Below are positions 59,490-64,000 of a stretch of DNA of 64,000 bases, in pieces. Made by a program: the position numbers and the translations under genes. The notes under the pieces are model-generated. The model saw nothing but the letters and a program-made list of their open reading frames with translations, did not search any database and was not told the DNA's origin. Position 1 is the stretch's first letter, and every line of letters starts with the position of its first letter. The DNA comes from a virus (taxonomy: Duplodnaviria > Caudoviricetes), in IMG/VR virus record IMGVR_UViG_3300024283_000001, positions 1,554-65,553 of that record; one strand, given 5' to 3'.

Positions 59490-62204
59490 CTACTTTGGCC
59501 GGGTCTGAAGTTTTTTTTTCTCTTCGGGCTCTTCGCCGGCGCCTTCCGGCTCTTCCTTGGGAATGAACTTCCCGCCCCGCGCAAGCTGCGCCCTGGCCGA
59601 ATTGATTTCACCCAGGTGCTCGACGTCCTTATCGTAGGTTTTCTCTGTGCCGTCTGCGGTGTGAACCTTGCCGTCGTCCGTGATCTCCATCACGCGCCGT
59701 GGTTCCCCTTCACTATCCACGAACGTATCGCCCACTTTCAGATCTTCCATCCCGGTAAACTTCACGGGGCCTAGCTTTTCCTTTTCGAACGCTTCCTTGA
59801 CGTCGTTCGAAAGCCCTTCCCATACCGACCCGGTCTGCCCATGCTCACCGATCGCGCCGAGATTCATCTCCCGCGGCTCGGTTGTCGCCGCGCTCCCGCC
59901 CTTCGCCAGGCGCCGGCGATCGTAAGTCAGCTTCGTGGTTTCCGGGTATTCCTGCTTTAGCGCATCCAGCAGCGGACCGCGGATCGCCTCGGCCCCAAGG
60001 TCGCCCCCGAGCCAGTGAACGTGTAGCACACCTCCGTCGCGAGGTTCAACGGTCACGCTACCAACGCGCTTCCCGTCCTTCGTGATTTCATGCTGCGTAC
60101 CCAGGCCCTCGCCCAGGTCCTCGCCCTTGCCAAGTTCGAAGCCTTTTCCGAGCGGCTGAATCCCGACTTCCCGGGCAGGAGGCACCATCGGTTTAACGGC
60201 AGCAGGTTCGGCCACAGGGGCAGTTTCCGGGGCTTTAGCCGTTTCTGCGGTAGGAGGGGCCTGTTTTTCGTATATCGGCCCACCCTCGGCCGTCCAGCCT
60301 ACAACCCGGGGCTTTCCTTCGCCTTTCCAGCCCTTTGCCATCTGCCCGGCGCCCGGTTGGCCCTTTGGCCGGCGATATATCTGGCTTTGGGCCTCGACCC
60401 CGATCGGCTCCTGGGGGAACATCTCCGGGTGGGCCAGTTCGGCGGCCCCTGGTTCCGGCAGCGGTGTTCCACGTGGAACAAGTTCACCGATTCCCGGCAG
60501 CAGCCCTTTCGGGCCACCTGGCGGCATCACGGATTCTGGCAACAAACCGGCCGGCGTGGTCCATCGCCCACCGCGGACCGGCCCGGAAGGCCCGGCGTTG
60601 TATCCGGCCTCCACTGCCGGCGCCGGCAAGGCAGCACGCACCGGATTTGCCGGCTGCGCGTACTGCGGTGGAACGAAAGGCGCGGGAGGCGTGAACGGCG
60701 TCTCAGCGGGTGGATTCAAGTTTGCGATCCCCCGACGAATCATCACATCCGGCTTGTTGAAGTGCTCGGCTACCTTGCCCAGGCCATAGAGACCTGCGGC
60801 CATAACACCGTGGCCGGCCAGGAGCGAAGCGAGACCAGCACCAGTACCGAGGAAATTGTAGAGGCCGGTCGGAGCCTTCCGTTCGTTCGGATTCACTTTG
60901 CGCTCGAGTTCCTTCTCGAGCGTCGTGAGGTGCCCGTAATCTTTCCGCGATTCGGCCGACTGCGTTTCGCCGGAATTTTCCAAAGTCTTGTTCAGTTCCT
61001 CACGGACCGCGCGCCGAGCAGTTTCCCACCCGAGCGTGTCCGGGTTGGCAGCCAGCGCCGATCGCCTGGCGGTGGGGTACTTGTTGAAGTAGCTCTCAAG
61101 TTGCGCGTTCGCGTATTTCTGCAACCGGCTCGCTTCTTCTACCGTGCGCGATTGATCCAGTTTATTTGCGAGGTCTTCAAGAGCCTTCACGCCGTTCTCA
61201 TCGAACTGCCGCATTTCGGGAGTGATCGCGTCGCGGACCGCTTTTGCGGCCGGCTTCATATCGACGGGGCGAGGACCCTGGCGATCGAGTGCCGGCTGCA
61301 CCCTCTCATCCCAAATCTTCTCCTTCATCTGCGGAACAGCGTCTTTGAAATCTTCGACGTTAGTGATCGGAGTTTGCGCGTGGAATTCTTGAATCGCTCG
61401 CTGAACTCCTGGGCTCTGGATTGCGTCCTGCCATCCAGTCGCACGAGCTCGTGGCCGCACGCCCTTTGTCAGGAGTTCGTGTCCCTCGAGGCCCAGGCCC
61501 AACGGATGCCCGAGAGCGTCGAGAGTTTTTCCACCAACGTCCTTTGCAATTTTCGGAGCACGCGGGATCAATTCACCCGCACCGATCGTGCCAGCCGCTT
61601 GGCCAGTCGCACCACCGATGTCTCCGGTCCCTGCTTGTTCAGCGAGGCTCCCGGCCCACGGACCAACCACCGGAATCGTAGAGAGTGCTTTGTGGCCGAT
61701 ACCAGCAAGGCCGCCTTGTTCGGTTCCCTTGTTCCATTCCGCAACCGCGGGGTCCGTCAGATATTTCTGCGTGAGGGCGTTGACGCGCTCCATCGGCGCG
61801 AACTCGCCTTTATCGTTGAAGCCGGCAATACCACCGATGCCGTGCTTAATATTTCCCTGCTCATCTTTTCCCTGGCCGAAAGCCACGTCATAGAGACCTT
61901 CAGCCCCCGATTTAACGAGGCCCTTCGCTCCTTCATACGCGTTGCGAGCAACGTTGCCGGGAGTGAATCCGTAATTTTCCGGGATCGGTGGCCGCGCTTC
62001 TTCGAATTTTGTCGGGGGAGTCATCGGCGCGACCCCACTCTTCACGGCCGCGCGGATCTTCGGGCTTACGTCTTTCCCATAAGCCTTTTCAACGTCCTCG
62101 TCAGACGGAGCCTCACCACCACCTGCAGCGGTGTCGAGGTTCAATGTCTGCGGCGCTTCTTCATCCAGTTGAAGCGTCTGCGGAGCGTTGCGCTTATCAG
62201 CCAT
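59490..62204 (-). CDS. Internal virion / ejection protein, 904 aa
   Basis: G/A-rich amphipathic helices, Pro-rich linker; position in ejectosome block. Confidence 0.65.
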   Translation of the reverse strand: MADKRNAPQTLQLDEEAPQTLNLDTAAGGGEAPSDEDVEKAYGKDVSPKIRAAVKSGVAPMTPPTKFEEARPPIPENYGFTPGNVARNAYEGAKGLVKSGAEGLYDVAFGQGKDEQGNIKHGIGGIAGFNDKGEFAPMERVNALTQKYLTDPAVAEWNKGTEQGGLAGIGHKALSTIPVVGPWAGSLAEQAGTGDIGGATGQAAGTIGAGELIPRAPKIAKDVGGKTLDALGHPLGLGLEGHELLTKGVRPRARATGWQDAIQSPGVQRAIQEFHAQTPITNVEDFKDAVPQMKEKIWDERVQPALDRQGPRPVDMKPAAKAVRDAITPEMRQFDENGVKALEDLANKLDQSRTVEEASRLQKYANAQLESYFNKYPTARRSALAANPDTLGWETARRAVREELNKTLENSGETQSAESRKDYGHLTTLEKELERKVNPNERKAPTGLYNFLGTGAGLASLLAGHGVMAAGLYGLGKVAEHFNKPDVMIRRGIANLNPPAETPFTPPAPFVPPQYAQPANPVRAALPAPAVEAGYNAGPSGPVRGGRWTTPAGLLPESVMPPGGPKGLLPGIGELVPRGTPLPEPGAAELAHPEMFPQEPIGVEAQSQIYRRPKGQPGAGQMAKGWKGEGKPRVVGWTAEGGPIYEKQAPPTAETAKAPETAPVAEPAAVKPMVPPAREVGIQPLGKGFELGKGEDLGEGLGTQHEITKDGKRVGSVTVEPRDGGVLHVHWLGGDLGAEAIRGPLLDALKQEYPETTKLTYDRRRLAKGGSAATTEPREMNLGAIGEHGQTGSVWEGLSNDVKEAFEKEKLGPVKFTGMEDLKVGDTFVDSEGEPRRVMEITDDGKVHTADGTEKTYDKDVEHLGEINSARAQLARGGKFIPKEEPEGAGEEPEEKKKLQTRPK
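59511..59519 (-). other. A9 slippery tract linking the 904-aa and 1018-aa ORFs
   Basis: GAG AAA AAA AAA C; the -1 frame is stop-free into ATG 59412. Confidence 0.7.
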
Positions 62205-64000
62205 CTATTTCACCAGGGTTGCTTGCTTGCTGCCGGGAGTCGTTTTGTAAGTGTGGCCATTGTAATCAAACGTGCCGTCGTCGTTCACCTGAATTTCTTT
62301 CCCGCCCATCTTTATCGTGCTGCCACCACCGCCCCCACCGGCTGCCTTTTGTTCGAATGCGCGCTCCTGCGGATTGCCCTCAACGTGCGGAACTTTCTTC
62401 CAGAGGCGATCCGTCATCTGGTCGAACTTCTGAAGTTGTTTCACAGCGTACTTGCTGTCCGCGGACGAGCCATCGGCGATCGTCTGCCACAGAGCGTGGG
62501 CCTGGACGTCGTTGATACGCGATCCGCCCGTCATGATCTTCGGCAACGCCAGCACGGCCTCGCGGAGATTCAGCACGTCGGTCACATAGTTCTTCGTTTC
62601 TTCGGACGCGAATTTCAACGCTTGCTCACGCAGAAGAGTATCGCCAGTCGTGTCCGCGGGGTGTGTCAAAGCAAAGGCGATGATTCCACGCTGAACACTG
62701 CCCTGGTCGAGTGCTTTCAAACTTCCCAGGAGATTCCGCGTCTTCACGCCAACTTCGTTCAGGCCCGACGTGTTGTTTTGCGCGTCCTGCCGATCCTTGT
62801 CGCTGGCTTTGATGATGTGCTGTAGGCCGGATTCCTTGGCCTGGGCGCGCGGCATCAGATGCATCGCTCCGTTTTTGTCGTAGCCGATCACCGGCTCTTC
62901 ATCAGATTTCTGTTTCTGAAGAGCCGCCGTTGGCGATGGTTGCTTGTCTTCCTTCGAGCGGCCGAGGTCGTTGACGATTTTTCCCGGGCGTCCCTGGTCA
63001 TCCTTCGCGTTCATGTCGACGATCAGATCGTGCGCATGACCGTCAGCGCCGACGATCTGCTTCGTCTCAAGTTTCTGCCCGGGCTGCCCTTTGTACACCA
63101 CGTTGGACGTCGCCGCGGCACCGTTCTTGCCAGGAATGATCTGTACGATGTCGCCATTCGTGGACTTTTCAAAGTGCGGCTTGTTCTGCGTTGCTTCGGC
63201 GATATCCTTCACGCCCTGCGGCGTTCCTTCTTCGTCGAGTCCGTGGAGTTTGCCCTGGGCGTCCTTCCACCCGGTGACGTTGCCTTCGGTATCGCGCTCG
63301 AGCGACTGCTCGGTTTGCATCTTGGCGAGGCGCGCTCTGCCTTCCGCAGTGGTGACGTCGCGAGCCGCTTCTTCAGACGCGAGATTCTTTGCCTGGCCTT
63401 CCGCGGCCGTGCGCTGCGCGAGTTCAGTCTTTAGTTTGCTTTGCTCGGCCATCCGATTGAGGTCAGTTCCAGGAATGTTCACGCCGATGCCTGGCGCCAA
63501 AACATCCAGAGCGATGTTTCCGATCTTGCCGGCGACGTGCCCGATCTTCCCGAGAGCCCCAGGATGATTCTCCGCAGTTCCCCAAGGATGCTCTTTCTGT
63601 TCCTGTAATCGCTCGAGTTGGTTTTCCGTGAATGCAGCGCTTCCAATCGGCGCGCCAGTGGACGTCTGCGGCAAAGCCATTTTTTCCGCGTGCGACAAAG
63701 CCGGAGGAACCATCGGCTTCACGCCGGCCATTTCTGGCGTCGACGGCGTTCCACCAATTTCCGGTGCGTTCATATCTTCGACGTGGTGCGCCGGCATATT
63801 CGGCTGCACTGTTGCACCGAGGGCCAATTCACGATTGAGGCCAGTGAGTTCTTTCGGGTGGCCGGCTTCTACAGGCACCGGTGGCGTCATCGGTGCAACA
63901 TCAGATCGCGCGCTCATAACTGGAGAAAGCGGACCGATGGTAGCCTGCGGCGTTTCAGGTGGACGCTGCAGCAATCCCAGGCCCTGGAGGTGCTTGTTCA
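62205..64000 (-). CDS. Internal virion / ejection protein, 5' truncated by window edge
   Basis: Frame open to the window end (NKHLQGLGLLQRP...); helical K/A/Q-rich. Confidence 0.7.
   Translation of the reverse strand, partial: NKHLQGLGLLQRPPETPQATIGPLSPVMSARSDVAPMTPPVPVEAGHPKELTGLNRELALGATVQPNMPAHHVEDMNAPEIGGTPSTPEMAGVKPMVPPALSHAEKMALPQTSTGAPIGSAAFTENQLERLQEQKEHPWGTAENHPGALGKIGHVAGKIGNIALDVLAPGIGVNIPGTDLNRMAEQSKLKTELAQRTAAEGQAKNLASEEAARDVTTAEGRARLAKMQTEQSLERDTEGNVTGWKDAQGKLHGLDEEGTPQGVKDIAEATQNKPHFEKSTNGDIVQIIPGKNGAAATSNVVYKGQPGQKLETKQIVGADGHAHDLIVDMNAKDDQGRPGKIVNDLGRSKEDKQPSPTAALQKQKSDEEPVIGYDKNGAMHLMPRAQAKESGLQHIIKASDKDRQDAQNNTSGLNEVGVKTRNLLGSLKALDQGSVQRGIIAFALTHPADTTGDTLLREQALKFASEETKNYVTDVLNLREAVLALPKIMTGGSRINDVQAHALWQTIADGSSADSKYAVKQLQKFDQMTDRLWKKVPHVEGNPQERAFEQKAAGGGGGGSTIKMGGKEIQVNDDGTFDYNGHTYKTTPGSKQATLVK

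Noticed and set aside
60090-62825. 911-aa plus-strand ORF, and similar long plus-strand ORFs at 9379..10833, 12795..13955 and 19291..20316
   Set aside because: Antisense shadows of well-supported minus-strand genes in high-GC DNA; no motifs or SDs
1-64000. Host assignment to Acidobacteriota and alternative genetic code
   Set aside because: Host guess rests only on GC and the style of secreted DUF4082 proteins; standard code gives full-length genes, so no recoding is needed

Overview
The whole window reads as one high-GC tailed dsDNA bacteriophage of podovirus-like (P22/T7-type ejectosome) architecture; no host chromosomal genes were recognised. A minus-strand arm (29.4 kb to 1) runs cro-like HTH, two DNA methyltransferases, small terminase, a block of small accessory genes, large terminase, portal, scaffold, major capsid, GroES-like co-chaperonin, adaptor, fibre and a 1528-aa nozzle-like protein. 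A plus-strand early arm (29.5-38.0 kb) carries DUF932, a PD-(D/E)XK nuclease, KTSC, RecT/Bet and HNH genes. A second minus-strand arm (64 kb to 38.1 kb) runs ejection proteins, a polyvalent effector, a 9-kb sugar-modification cluster with a tRNA-Met inside it, receptor-binding-like proteins and the lysis cassette. The structural module leaves the left edge and re-enters at the right edge, suggesting a near-complete circularly permuted genome. No integrase, CI repressor, polymerase, primase or helicase was recognised. Most striking observations: (1) a 173-nt tRNA-shaped RNA with intact core and CCA but 60-nt and 40-nt structured insertions in the D and T arms; (2) the first 19 residues of the major capsid protein recur, with mostly synonymous divergence, at the N-terminus of an early nuclease 20 kb away; (3) an A9 tract whose -1 slip fuses a 904-aa ejection protein to a 1018-aa GNAT/ART/ParB effector; (4) a cytoplasmic glycosyl/methyl-transferase cluster; (5) a diGly-terminated small protein near a Cys-His-Pro-Asn partner; (6) a chimeric DNA methyltransferase. 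All family calls come from motif recognition by eye, without database searches.
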